DNA of 61,071 nt, filler included, from Diploschistes diacapsis (Eukaryota), in the NCBI GenBank assembly GCA_023645945.1. It is 8 parts of 8 records of this genome, joined end to end, with 100 filler letters (N's around TTAATTAATTAA, not from the genome) between each part and the next. Parts side by side here need not be neighbours in the genome. Positions count along the whole stretch, not along the records: positions 30,706 to 38,232 come from JALAIB010001274.1; positions 38,333 to 45,859 come from JALAIB010001275.1; positions 45,960 to 53,484 come from JALAIB010001276.1; 5 more parts are not named here. One strand, written 5' to 3'. This document shows, piece by piece, positions 37,523 through 47,932 of the stretch. Position numbers and translations under genes: made by a program. The first letter of the stretch is position 1, and each line of letters begins with the position of its first letter. The notes under the pieces were generated by a model. It was not told the DNA's origin and did no database searches. It saw only the letters and a program-made list of their open reading frames with translations.

Positions 37523-38025
37523 TCTGGTGCAGTATCAACAGTATTCCCTTGCAAGAGAAATGTAAGGCAAGGGCTAGGTTCACCGCAAGAGAGGCCGACC
37601 CTGTGTCTGCCAGCTTTTTAAGCCCTTGAGCTTTTATAGCTCCACCTTAAAATGATATCGAGGCTTCAAGTTAATGGGTGAAAGTGATGTTGTTTGGTCC
37701 AGTAGCCTCTGTAAGTAACAGCCAGAAGAAAAGCGCATCCGGCCTGCTCGCACCAGGTGCCTTGCAACCCTACTCTGCGTCCTTTTCAGTTGGATGTTTT
37801 GATATCAAACATCTTCGAGTTTCTTGTCACACTAAGGTCTGCAAGTGAAAATGTTGAAAATCAGTGGAAAGAAACAGCAGTTGTCCTTTGTCTGATTGTG
37901 AGATCAACTTGGAAGTTCAGTGGCGCAATCGGACATTGTACAAGTAGGTAATTATGAGACACCAGTGCCAGGACACTGTAGGGCTGAATGTCAAGTAATC
38001 TTTTAAATTAGTCATGATCAATCGG

Positions 38026-38232
38026 TAACGTCTTTCACAAGTCATCCGCCCACCTACCTTTCCTTCTACATGTTTTCAACCTTATAATATAATCAATTCA
38101 GGCTATAATCAAATTTCTTTTATTTAATTAATACTATAGCGTTACGAGCATATACGGGCAGTATATTCGTACGAATCATATAGACTGCATTGTGATAAAG
38201 CGCGTGTTCTTTACGAAAGAGCATCATACTTC
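38026..38232 (+). mobile_element. Left end of a Fot1/pogo-type transposon (degraded)
   Basis: TA|ACGTCTTTCACAAGTCATCCGCCCAC followed by AT-rich sequence to the contig end; matches the TIR at 38426-38473. Confidence 0.65.
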
Positions 38233-38332
38233 NNNNNNNNNNNNNNNNNNNNNNNNNNNNNNNNNNNNNNNNNNNNTTAATTAATTAANNNNNNNNNNNN
38301 NNNNNNNNNNNNNNNNNNNNNNNNNNNNNNNN
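38233..38332. other. Artificial contig linker
   Basis: N44-TTAATTAATTAA-N44. Confidence 0.98.
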
Positions 38333-38424
38333 ACCTCTCATACAAAAATACATGTGATGGTACTTAATTGTCGCTCTCCACGTGATTATCACGTACCATC
38401 ACATGTATTTTTGTATGAGAGGTA
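38333..38424. repeat. Perfect 31-bp inverted repeat (MITE-like mini-element)
   Basis: ACCTCTCATACAAAAATACATGTGATGGTAC (38333-38363) and its exact reverse complement (38393-38423) around a 29-nt spacer. Confidence 0.85.
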
Positions 38425-38425
38425 C

Positions 38426-38473
38426 AAAGTGGGCGGATGACTTGTGTGGGCGGATGACTTGTGGAATACGTTA
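38426..38473 (-). mobile_element. Fot1/pogo-type terminal inverted repeat
   Basis: Reverse strand reads TA|ACGTATTCCACAAGTCATCCGCCCACACAAGTCATCCGCCCACTTT, with a 17-bp internal tandem repeat. Confidence 0.7.
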
Positions 38474-38773
38474 TATATAGCGCTTAGGTAATTCAAGTGT
38501 CCTATTCTCAATTGTACGCTTGGAGTTACTACGTGGTAGCTCAGTTGCTAGTTATCGTTTGATGTGAATGCATCGTCTGCACTGTCTGAAGTTGGTTGGA
38601 ACATCCATAGCATTAGAGATTATTGACATAGCTGGTTATGGTATCTTCGCTCAATCCGGCTTGGAGCGCTGCTAGTATGACATGATTCTGGATATCATTA
38701 TGGTTAAAAGGCAAGCAAAGATCAACCGTCAATTCCCAAACAACGCCCCTCCCGAGTTATCCAGTGACTCTCT

Positions 38774-41700
38774 TTAGACGTTGTATCTTCCAGAGGCGCT
38801 TGCACCGTAACCCATTTCGCCGGCATCGTGCATGGGATGCTGAACGTTTACGTCTGGGTTATCGGGAAGGTTTCCGGAGTGGTGGCCGTGCGGAATCCCA
38901 TCTGTGCCAGATCCGTCATGGACTCCCTTGGACGTGTCCATTGGCAGACCCGTCGTCGGGTCCGTGGTAGTGTGGGCAGCTGGGTGATCGCCAGGTGGAT
39001 CCTTTGACATGTCAGTAACCGATAGGAATAGCTAGTTATTAGATTGATCATACCTTGTGCAGTCGGTTCCGGTCGGAATGGCCTGTACCGACATCAATGT
39101 TTTTGTCGTCCTTGTGGCTGGAAAAGATGCCACCAAGGAGACCGTGCTTCTTGTGCTCGCCCTCATGCTCGGGATGTCTCTGCGACTCGGCATAACGCTG
39201 ATCTCTGTCTTCTGGAGCAACGCCAACAGCACCGGGTGCTCCGCCTTCCTTGCCGTGGAACCCGCCCAGAACAGCATGGTGCTTATCGTGTCCGTGTTTA
39301 GCACCAGCACCTGCAGCGCCGGCTCCCGCTGCAGCCTCCTCTTTGTGATGGTGGTGATGGTGTGTCTGGTGGGGCTCATTGGCCAGCGTGGTTTGTTGAG
39401 CGGGTTGACCTGCCATCGTAGCCTGTGTCTGGGAAGGATCTTGAACAGTATGGCGATGCTTGTCGTATTCGTGCGTACCGATAGCGCCGGCTCCTAGAAC
39501 ACCAGCACCAGCAGCGGCATCCCTTCCGTAATGATGGGGTTTGTCCCGATTGTCATTGGCTTGCGAGGGTTGACCACCCAAGGTACCGGTTTGGGGTCCC
39601 GACGGGTCTTGCGATCCTTGGTGATGCTGGCCATACTCATGCTTGCCAAGAGCACCGGCTCCAAGGACGCCAGCACCAGCAGCGGCATCCCTGCCGTAAT
39701 AATGAGACCTGTCTCTATTGTCGGAGGCCTGAGTAGGTTGGCCGATAGCTGACTGAGTGGGCACGTTTCCATAAGGCTGAGAACCTTGGCCACTCGCGAA
39801 TTGGGATCCGGTAGTATCTTGTGGTCCTTGATGGCGTTGGTCATACTCGTGCTTTCCAAGTGCACCAGCTCCAACAGCGCCAGCGCCAATAGCAGCATCT
39901 CTGCCATGATGGCGAGAGGGATCTCTGCTATCGTGGGCTTGCGGAGATTGGCCAGTAATTCCCCTGGACGGTTGACCATAGCCAGTTTGGGTTTGGGTCA
40001 TGTCTTGAGGCGTTTGGTGATGTCTGTCATATTCGTGCTTGCCAAGTCCAGCAGCTCCAAGAGCGCCAGCTCCTGCCATGGCTTCTTCACCGCGGTGGTG
40101 ATGGCCGTGAGTAGCGGAGGGAGACTGAGTAGTAGCTGAAGTAATCGGAACGGCACCAGAGTCTCTGGCCGACTGACCATATGTGGTACCGGCGGCCTGA
40201 GGGTGTGTGTGCCCATATGTGGTGTCGGTAGCATTGGGATGTCTGTGTTCATCATATTCATGCTTTCCTAGAGCTGCAGCACCCACGGTACCAGCACCCG
40301 CCGCTGCCTCCTTGCCTCTGTGATGATCCTTGTGCTCACCAGACCCCTGGTCGTCAACGTCGTCATCCTTTCTGCCAGGATGAAGAATCCTGCTCAGAAG
40401 CCCGCCTTTCTTTTTCCCCTCTCCATCATCGTCTTTATTCCTGTCGTGCTCATGCTCCCCCACGACTACGCCGGCCGCACCAACACCTGCAGCGCCTACA
40501 GCCTCCTTCTCACGCCGCCTTCTCTCCTCTTCCTTGAAGTGCTTCTCTTGCTCAGCATGGGCGGCTTTAAGATCCTTCTCGTGCTGCTTTTCTTCTCTTT
40601 TTATTTCCTTGTCGTGTTGCTTCTCTTGTTTGTGTATCTCCTTCTCGTGCTCTTTCAGTGCCTTGTCGTGTTGCTTCTCTTCTTTGCGTATCTCCTTCTC
40701 ATGCTCTTTCAGTGTCTTGTCGTGTTCCTTCTCGGCTTGTCGCTGCTGCTCCTGGGCCCTATTCTTGTCTTCGTGCTTTTGGGCCTCATATGCCGCACCT
40801 CCGACACCGACTGCACTAGCTCCAAGGGCAGCATCGCGTCCGTAGTGATACTGTTCAGGATGACGCTCCTGCATAGTCTGCGTGGGGTGGCGTGTATCGG
40901 TTGAGGTGGTCTGTCCTGGCGCTGAAGTCTGGGCACTGGGGGGCTGTGCTTGGCTTGCCATGGTGCCAGCTTGGGGGTGAGCACTGGCCTCATGATGCTT
41001 CGCAGCTTCATAACCGCCTAGACCAACTGCGCCTGCGCCAGCTCCGAGAGCCGCGTCACGGCCATAATGGTGACCCCCCGGTTGTTGACTTCCTACCGCA
41101 GTCTCTTGAGGCTGCGTATAGTAGCCCCCACCTATCGTCGGTTGCTGCTGAGTGTTCCGATTCGCTGGTGCAGTAGACCTGGGTTCAATGACAGTAGAAG
41201 CTGACAACCCTTGAGTATTACTTGTTTGAGGCTGTGCTGCACCATCATGGTGCTTAGCAGCTTCATAACCTCCAATACCCACGGCGCCAGCGCCAGCTCC
41301 AAGGGCTGCGTCTCGACCGTGATGATGACCCGTGCTCGGATCGTTGGAGCTTCCGGTTGTCCCCTGAGGCTCTGGTCCAACCCATCGGTCAATGTGTACT
41401 CCCTCAGAATCACCAGCGTCCATGGCGCCGGGCGGAGCTTGTGTGTGTTCATTGGGATTGGCCTTGTTTGCGTGAGCGGCGTGAGCAGCAGCACCGACTC
41501 GGCCGGATTGTGAAGCGGTTTGCTGGGTCTGCTGGTGTTCTCTGTGCAACCTATCCCCTTCGTGCGCAGTGCCTGCGGCAGCAGTTCCTAGTGCAGCGTC
41601 TCTGCCGAGATGATGACTGGATTGAGTAGTTGGTTGCTGAGTCGACTGAGTTGGCTGCGTCTGCTGATGTTCCCTATGCAACCTATCCCCTTCGTACGCA

Positions 41701-42467
41701 GTGCCAGCGGCAGCAGTACCGAGTGCGGCATCTCTGCCGAGATGATGGCTAGATTGCCCGGTGGGTTGCTGAGTCTGCTGGTGTTCTCTGTGCAGTCTGT
41801 CTCCTTTGTAGGCAGTGCCTGTGGCAGCAGTGCCAAGTGCAGCGTCTCTGCCAATGTCATGATCTTGTTTTGCAGAGCTCGCTGTAGGGTCAATGCGAGG
41901 GTCAATTGACCGTGAGCTATAAGGGTTTCTTGCGCCAAGCGAACTGCCCGTACCGGCTGTGCCCTGGGATTGATCGAAAGTAGAGCCGAATTCGTTGTGG
42001 ATGGGAGCTTGGTTCGCTGCGCCACCAGTTGTACCTGCTGTTCTGTCCGGCATATTCTGCTGCGTCAGAGGAGCGTTTGCTCGTGAGGCGGCCAAGCCAG
42101 AGGTTGTGCCTCTTGGATCTTGCCTGATAGACGAGGCTGTCTGCTGATAATCGTGAGCTTGTGGCTTGGTTGCTACCTGGGCAGCTCTCAGTGCATCGCT
42201 TGGGCTTGTCTGGGTATTGGAGCCTAGCGATGTTGCGCCGGTGCCGGCGCTCGAGGTCCCCATGTTCGAAGAGCCAATGCCAGTGCGACCTGCGGGAGCA
42301 TTCGTAGCTCCAGTAGAGCCGCCTTCAACGGGGTCGGTGGTCCTGGAATGACCAAAGTGGCTTCCTTGGCCAGCTACGTTACTGAGGTTGCTGTTGTTGC
42401 CATCGCCGTAAAGAACATCATCATCGGCTTTTGAGCCGGGGCTGAAGACGGATTTGATCTTGTCCAT
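38774..42467 (-). CDS. Large His/Gly/Gln-rich intrinsically disordered repeat protein (hydrophilin-like), ~1210 aa
   Basis: 1139-aa ORF plus a final exon through intron ~39002-39053 (RNRLHK|DPPGDHPAA); many HHxGRDAA(L/A)GAGA..G repeats; charged KEHEKEI.K.EKQHDK repeats; no signal peptide. Confidence 0.85.
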
Positions 42468-43461
42468 CTCGAGTGCTAGAGGTTACCTGAGAGGAAGGAA
42501 GGTAGGTTCTGCCGTCAAGGAAACTCAACGCTTTATAAAGGGCGGGAAACCGAACGCGCAGATGCTACGTTGACTCAGGTGTTCGTACGAGTGTTAGAGG
42601 GCAAGCTACCAGAAACAGTGCTACCTATCCGGTTTTGATATAGAATCTAATAGGTAGCTTCCATAGACATCAGGTGCCACAAAGTTGAACTTCTCGCCTT
42701 CGTCATCGTATTCAAAATCCAGATTTTGGATTCCAGACTCAAGCTTAAAGGGGATTAAGCTCCAGTTAAAACACAAGCAATGAAGTCATTGAGATGAAGC
42801 CGCGTAGCCAAAAGAGGCATGGTGAGCTGGGCCAGCCCCGCCTCGGCACACAAACATGCCGGTTTCTTGGACAATCATTTTGCCTTGACGGGTTACTAGT
42901 GCATAGATCTGCATGGAAGCGCCCATTCCCAAACGCATAATTCTGTGGCTCCACTCGCTGCCTACGAAAGTGACCCCAGAATAAATAAAGGCTAGTACGG
43001 CGGTAGTCGACGCCACACAAGCAAGGGGTCTTTTATTGCTTGTGTGGCGCCACCTACCGTGGTGCTAGCCTTTATCCTGGGGGTTAGTTCATGATTCTAA
43101 AGCTAAGCCGTCGACCAAAATCACGCAAATTGGGCAAGCCGTATCAGCTGATGATGTGGCGGTGGTGGCTGTGCTATGATCAAGCTCAACGATTGGTTCG
43201 CTTCATATTAACGCTAGTTAGTTAACGGAATATATCTTATCTATTTGGCTTAGCGGTACTAAACTGGCGCTTTATATCACACCCTGCACAACGTATGCGG
43301 CTTCCATGCCATGGTTCGGAAAAGAAAAGGATCAACATATGATTTTGAAATTGTCTGGAAAGGGCATCATCGAAGTTTCCTATACCTACTTCTTCCGTAG
43401 AACTACAGATCAAATCTTCACATATGCTGATCCCGAGGCTTCCAGAGCCCCTCTACAAACC

Positions 43462-45132
43462 TCATATACCAACCTCTGAACCTAGGACGCTGGCGGCACC
43501 CGTAGCTAGCCCGCCAAGAGCCATCATCCCCCATGCCATAGCTCCATTCTCCCATTCCGTCTCGTTCTCCTCGTCCCCGTGCTGGCCCACTGCCAATCTC
43601 TCAGAGCTGTGGTCGGTGCCCTCTTCGTAATCTGCAGCTCCTTCGCCCTTCTCTCCCGCCTCTTCTTCAGCAGTCGTTTTGCCCTTTGCCCCTGCCCGTT
43701 TCCTTCCTCGCCTCCTGGGAATAGGCTCTTCCTCCTCCGGCTCTTCGTGACTGGTGTGTATGAGTTGTTCCACTTCTTTTGCCACCAGGGCCTTAACCTC
43801 GTTCGCAGCGTCAAGCTCCAATTTGCTAGCCCAGCCCGCGGCGCGTAAGAGCCTTCGAGGCTCGAGGCCTCTGATCGAGGCCCATGATGCGAGGGAAACG
43901 CTACATAGTAGAGCGTCCCAACCGACGCGACCGACAGAGGGGTGATCTGTGAGCGAGCCCAGCACGTGCGAAAAGGCAGATCGAGCGCGGGCAGTCTTAG
44001 TTCGCTCGGTATCGAGATGGAAGTACAAAAGGGAATGGCGATGACGATGCGCGCCCGGATCCGAGTCTATCAGGGAAACCAAGGTCTGAAGAACGTAGAA
44101 GATGGTGGAAAGAATGGATGCCGTCCGAAATGCAGCCAGAGCACGCGATTTTGCGGTGGCTTCGGAGGACGATGACTTGCCCGCTGCGAGCGGGAGAATG
44201 CGCGGAAGAACCAACGGCAGAATAGTGTTGAAAAGGGCATCCCGTAGATAGGATTTGAACGAGGGAGTGTTCGAGGCAAGAGTCAGCAGCAAGGCGTCCG
44301 TAGCAGTCATGAGAAGAGGGATAACGTAGACCAGCGTGTGAGGGGTCCAATCCGAAGGCTTCGGCCTTAGACAAGAATAGACGAAGCGCGAAAACTGGTT
44401 GCGAAACCTGCTCGTCGTAGCAGCAGTGGCCTCCGCAGTCTCCCGGATGGACTTTGAGGTCTTGCGCCTATGTTTAGAAAGCGCCGACGTTTGAGTCGAA
44501 ACGAGCACCGAACTAGCTGTTCCTGGCGTAGGTACCGGCGTCCACAAGACAGCCAAGAAGAATAGATTCATTGCTAGCGAAACCGATATCAAGGGAGCAA
44601 GTGCGATGAAAGTCCAAGCATGAGGGATGTTCCGGCGCCCTTCCTGAATAGCAACGTATAGACTCCATGGCCCTGTTGTAAGCAACAACTGTTGCGTCCA
44701 CCACCGTCTGCGGGTCTTTTCCATCGCGATCTCCCAGAACTCTGCCAGAATGTCCGTATCATGCAACCACCGGCCAAGCTGAAGCTGTCCAAGACCACTC
44801 GAAAGCACGCCATGCTGGCCAAAAAGCCCAGTCGGCACCGTTTCCCCTCGCTCAAATGCCCATACCTGGTAGCTCAGCTTCAAGCAGTTGTAGCCATAGG
44901 AGATCGCAAAAGCCAAACTGACAAAGGCGAGCGCTGCGAAGGTCTCGATATGCTTTCTACGGCTCCCTTCCCGAGACCTAGTGGCTTGGGATGGCGGAAG
45001 CGCCCTGTGCGCACGGTATAGTACACTATGCCCAATCCTGTAGAGAAGGAACGAGGTCGTCGTGATGTAGACTAGGAACAGAGCAATTGGCCATATGTTG
45101 GAGTTTGATAGATCATGTTCAATGGGAGCCAT
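43462..45132 (-). CDS. Conserved fungal polytopic membrane protein of unknown function
   Basis: 556-aa intact ORF with roughly 8-10 hydrophobic segments; LSYQVWAFERG, GRWLHDT, RRRWWTQQ, HPSVGRVGWDALL, terminal GGLATGAASVLGSE. Confidence 0.8.
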   Translation of the reverse strand: MAPIEHDLSNSNIWPIALFLVYITTTSFLLYRIGHSVLYRAHRALPPSQATRSREGSRRKHIETFAALAFVSLAFAISYGYNCLKLSYQVWAFERGETVPTGLFGQHGVLSSGLGQLQLGRWLHDTDILAEFWEIAMEKTRRRWWTQQLLLTTGPWSLYVAIQEGRRNIPHAWTFIALAPLISVSLAMNLFFLAVLWTPVPTPGTASSVLVSTQTSALSKHRRKTSKSIRETAEATAATTSRFRNQFSRFVYSCLRPKPSDWTPHTLVYVIPLLMTATDALLLTLASNTPSFKSYLRDALFNTILPLVLPRILPLAAGKSSSSEATAKSRALAAFRTASILSTIFYVLQTLVSLIDSDPGAHRHRHSLLYFHLDTERTKTARARSAFSHVLGSLTDHPSVGRVGWDALLCSVSLASWASIRGLEPRRLLRAAGWASKLELDAANEVKALVAKEVEQLIHTSHEEPEEEEPIPRRRGRKRAGAKGKTTAEEEAGEKGEGAADYEEGTDHSSERLAVGQHGDEENETEWENGAMAWGMMALGGLATGAASVLGSEVGI

Positions 45133-45459
45133 CTTCTGGAAAGTCTTGAGAACGTCGATTCAGGAAATGAAGGCAAAGATATAGCGTACGCGACAACGCG
45201 CGATTACGCTGAAGTACACAAAACCTGGGGGTTGAGGAATAACATGATGTGTCTGGCGATATATGATGTCGCCCTTTAAGTTCTTAAGCGAAGCAGTAAG
45301 TATAGAGTAAAAAATCTAGGCTTAAAAACTGGGTAGGTTTATTGAGGGTTGCATTTTTAAACCCCTGCTCCGTAATTACAGCTTAAAAAACTGAGTAAAT
45401 TATTGGGGTTTGCATTCCCAAACTTCTGCTATTTTTTATTTGTGGGGATTGTATCTTTA

Positions 45460-45620
45460 TAACGTGTTTGACGGTCAGCTCGGCCACCCCTAAAGCTCGG
45501 CCACTTTTGCCAAGAAATATTTTAAATCTTTAATAACTCTTCGAATTTAATCGTTATTTTTGATTTTTTTCGAAATATTACTACTAACTCTATCTTTTAT
45601 CATACCCGAAAAGTGCATAT
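45460..45620 (+). mobile_element. Fot1/pogo-type transposon end (degraded)
   Basis: TA|ACGTGTTTGACGGTCAGCTCGGCCACCCCTAAAGCTCGGCCACTTT with internal AGCTCGGCCAC repeat, then AT-rich sequence. Confidence 0.7.
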
Positions 45621-45859
45621 TGATTATATCTAGAACGCCCCTACAGGAATAGGTGCTACACTACCGGGGGCTGAGCCTGATCCGGAAGGATTACGTGTAA
45701 CTGGGCATCTGTAGGCTGAATGGTTCAGATTCGAAAAGGTAAGGAAGAAACTATCTAAGTGGGAGGAGGGCACAAATAAGTAGTCTGGGTGCCAGCCCTA
45801 CCAGCCCTACGGGGTTCAACCCTTGAACCCACAAACGTTCAGGATGTTCCAATATCAGC

Positions 45860-45959
45860 NNNNNNNNNNNNNNNNNNNNNNNNNNNNNNNNNNNNNNNNN
45901 NNNTTAATTAATTAANNNNNNNNNNNNNNNNNNNNNNNNNNNNNNNNNNNNNNNNNNNN
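45860..45959. other. Artificial contig linker
   Basis: N44-TTAATTAATTAA-N44. Confidence 0.98.
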
Positions 45960-45987
45960 GGATGGGGGAGGGGGGACGGTGGCTTAC

Positions 45988-46193
45988 CGCATCCATTGCG
46001 GGTCGTCGGTTATGCTCTCGCCTGGCGTCACGATGCCCTTCTCGCCTGTACGAGCGCGTTTGGTGGGCCGCGGCATGCTGGAGTCGGGCATGTCCGTGTC
46101 GCTGTCTGAGTCGAAGATGGCGCCATTGTGGGAATGGGCATCGTGGTAGCTGGCGGCGGGTGCGGGCTTGGGAGGGAGGATTGAGATTGGCAT
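45988..46193 (-). CDS. RRP4: Exosome complex subunit Rrp4, first exon (rest beyond the contig)
   Basis: MPISILPP...IVTPGESITDDPQWMR followed by a GTAAGC donor; matches the Rrp4 N-terminal IVTPGE..TDDPQWMRGHGT motif. Confidence 0.85.
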
Positions 46194-46496
46194 TAGACGG
46201 TCGTCTTCTGCAGGTAGGAGTACTGTCAAATAGCTAGAATTCGTTCCAACGCAGGAAAGTTTACGATTAATCTTGCAAAGATTGGGGAAGAAGCTCCTCA
46301 CTTGCGAGGTGACGGACCAATCAGGACACAAACTTTCCATTCCCTGCCCTATGACAGTTTTCGCATGATGATCAGATCACATCTTACAGATCCATTATGA
46401 ACTAAAAAGCTCTACTGGAGGACATATAAATTTCATACCGATAGACTCCGTGGAGTTTCTTTATTATATATAGCCTACACCAAATAGCAATACTCT

Positions 46497-47900
46497 TCAT
46501 GGGAACACCATAAAGACATCCAGAGTTTCCAACCCAGTCACTAGATCCCAGTCCTTAGCTGCATTGAATCCAACCTCGCCACTACAACCCGTATTATTCC
46601 CAGTGACGACGCCGTTGAGCGCCTGAGGATTGGCATAAAGCACTGGGTTTATAAAGCCAACAACAGTACCCTTTTCCACCTTGAGCCTCTCCCCATTGAT
46701 TCGCGTCATCATCGCCGCAGCGATAGGTGTACTTGCGCTTGTCCCGAAACTCGGGTACGGAGTGCCTCCTATAGATGTTGCAGCGTTTTGTCCATTAGCT
46801 GAACAATCGGAGAAGCCTCGGTTTGAGCCGTTAAAGGCCGTGATTGCTGTAAGTTACCAGCTAGATCTTTATTAGTAAGGTAGCATTCAATGGCTTCTAT
46901 GTGGACGCAGGGAGACGTCGGAGAAACCGCCGGACGAGGACCCATATTGTATTTCAGAATCGAGTTTCGCTGAGAGCAGAAGAGAAATTCAGACCACTTC
47001 CATCCACATTGGGCCATATGACTGCAGACTCTGGATTGCTAGTGTGTTCTCGCATATATATATCGGTTTAGTTCAATACTGGCGGAATCCAGTATTGTTG
47101 GTCTTTTGGCTATGTGGCCTAGCGGTACTAAACTGGCGCTTTGCAATATCACACTAGGCAGTGCATTGGCAGTACCTGGGTCGCTCCTACGGACGTGACA
47201 TATGATTTAGTTGACGGTCAGGACGGCGGGAACATGCTCCAATGTCACTGAAGCTGGTTGAGATGACACTCGTTATGTTGACAACTCCGCAGGCTGTTCC
47301 TCCTCGAAGTGGAGGATACCAGGTTGAGTTGTCTCTTCCTTTGTAATGGCAGAAAGAGCCATCAAAAGCATCGAGGAATTGGTCGGATAAAGCCTCAGTG
47401 GGAAATTCGTACAGACTGATGCCTTGTGGACAGACTATTGGGCATGCCATTTCAAGGTCTATGGCCGACTCTGAACAGGTATCGATAGCCACACCCCGGT
47501 CAATGTCGTAGAATTTTGGCGTGTTCCATTCTCAATGGTGGGGGATGGTGAAGCTCATCTCATGCTGGATGTGTCGAGGCAAATAACACCATCGCATGAA
47601 ATCCTGGTCGGGCCTTCTAGAGAATGCTGAGAAGGCTCTCAAGTTCTTAAACCGTTGCTGTGAACTTGATCGACCCTCGTCCTGGTGTCACGGAATGCTT
47701 GCTTGGATGATACCAGATTCGGCCAGCCATTCCCTAGTAACTTGCATGCTTTGCTCTGATGGCGACCAGATGCATAAAGGTGCCATCGTAATCTAGGCTT
47801 GTAGTGTGATCTTGATATCCTTGGTGGAGCTCATCGATCAGAGCATAATGATTCCTTTGCGTTGCACGACTCAAGGCATTGTGCCCAAACTTATCACGGA
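46497..47900 (-). pseudogene. Sedolisin/aorsin-like S53 serine peptidase pseudogene
   Basis: Fragments in several frames: prodomain WSPSEQSMQVTREWLAESGI, ESAIDLEMACPIVCPQ, FLDAFDGSFC, CGVVNITSVISTSF, RGFSDCSANG, catalytic GTSASTP, GFINPVLYANP, GFNAAKDWDLVTGL; stops and frameshifts lie between the blocks. Confidence 0.8.
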
Positions 47901-47932
47901 TTCCTGGGTCGGCTCCATATCCTATTAGACAC

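Noticed and set aside
38026..38473. Matching TIRs facing each other across a linker, resembling one complete transposon spanning the gap
   Set aside because: Contigs are ordered by length, not position. Both probably end in different copies of the same abundant family, so adjacency cannot be inferred
45320..45430. Two degenerate ~60-bp direct repeats (GCTTAAAAACTG.GTA...TTGCATT....AAC...TGCT)
   Set aside because: Only two diverged units beside a transposon end; most likely TE debris rather than an array
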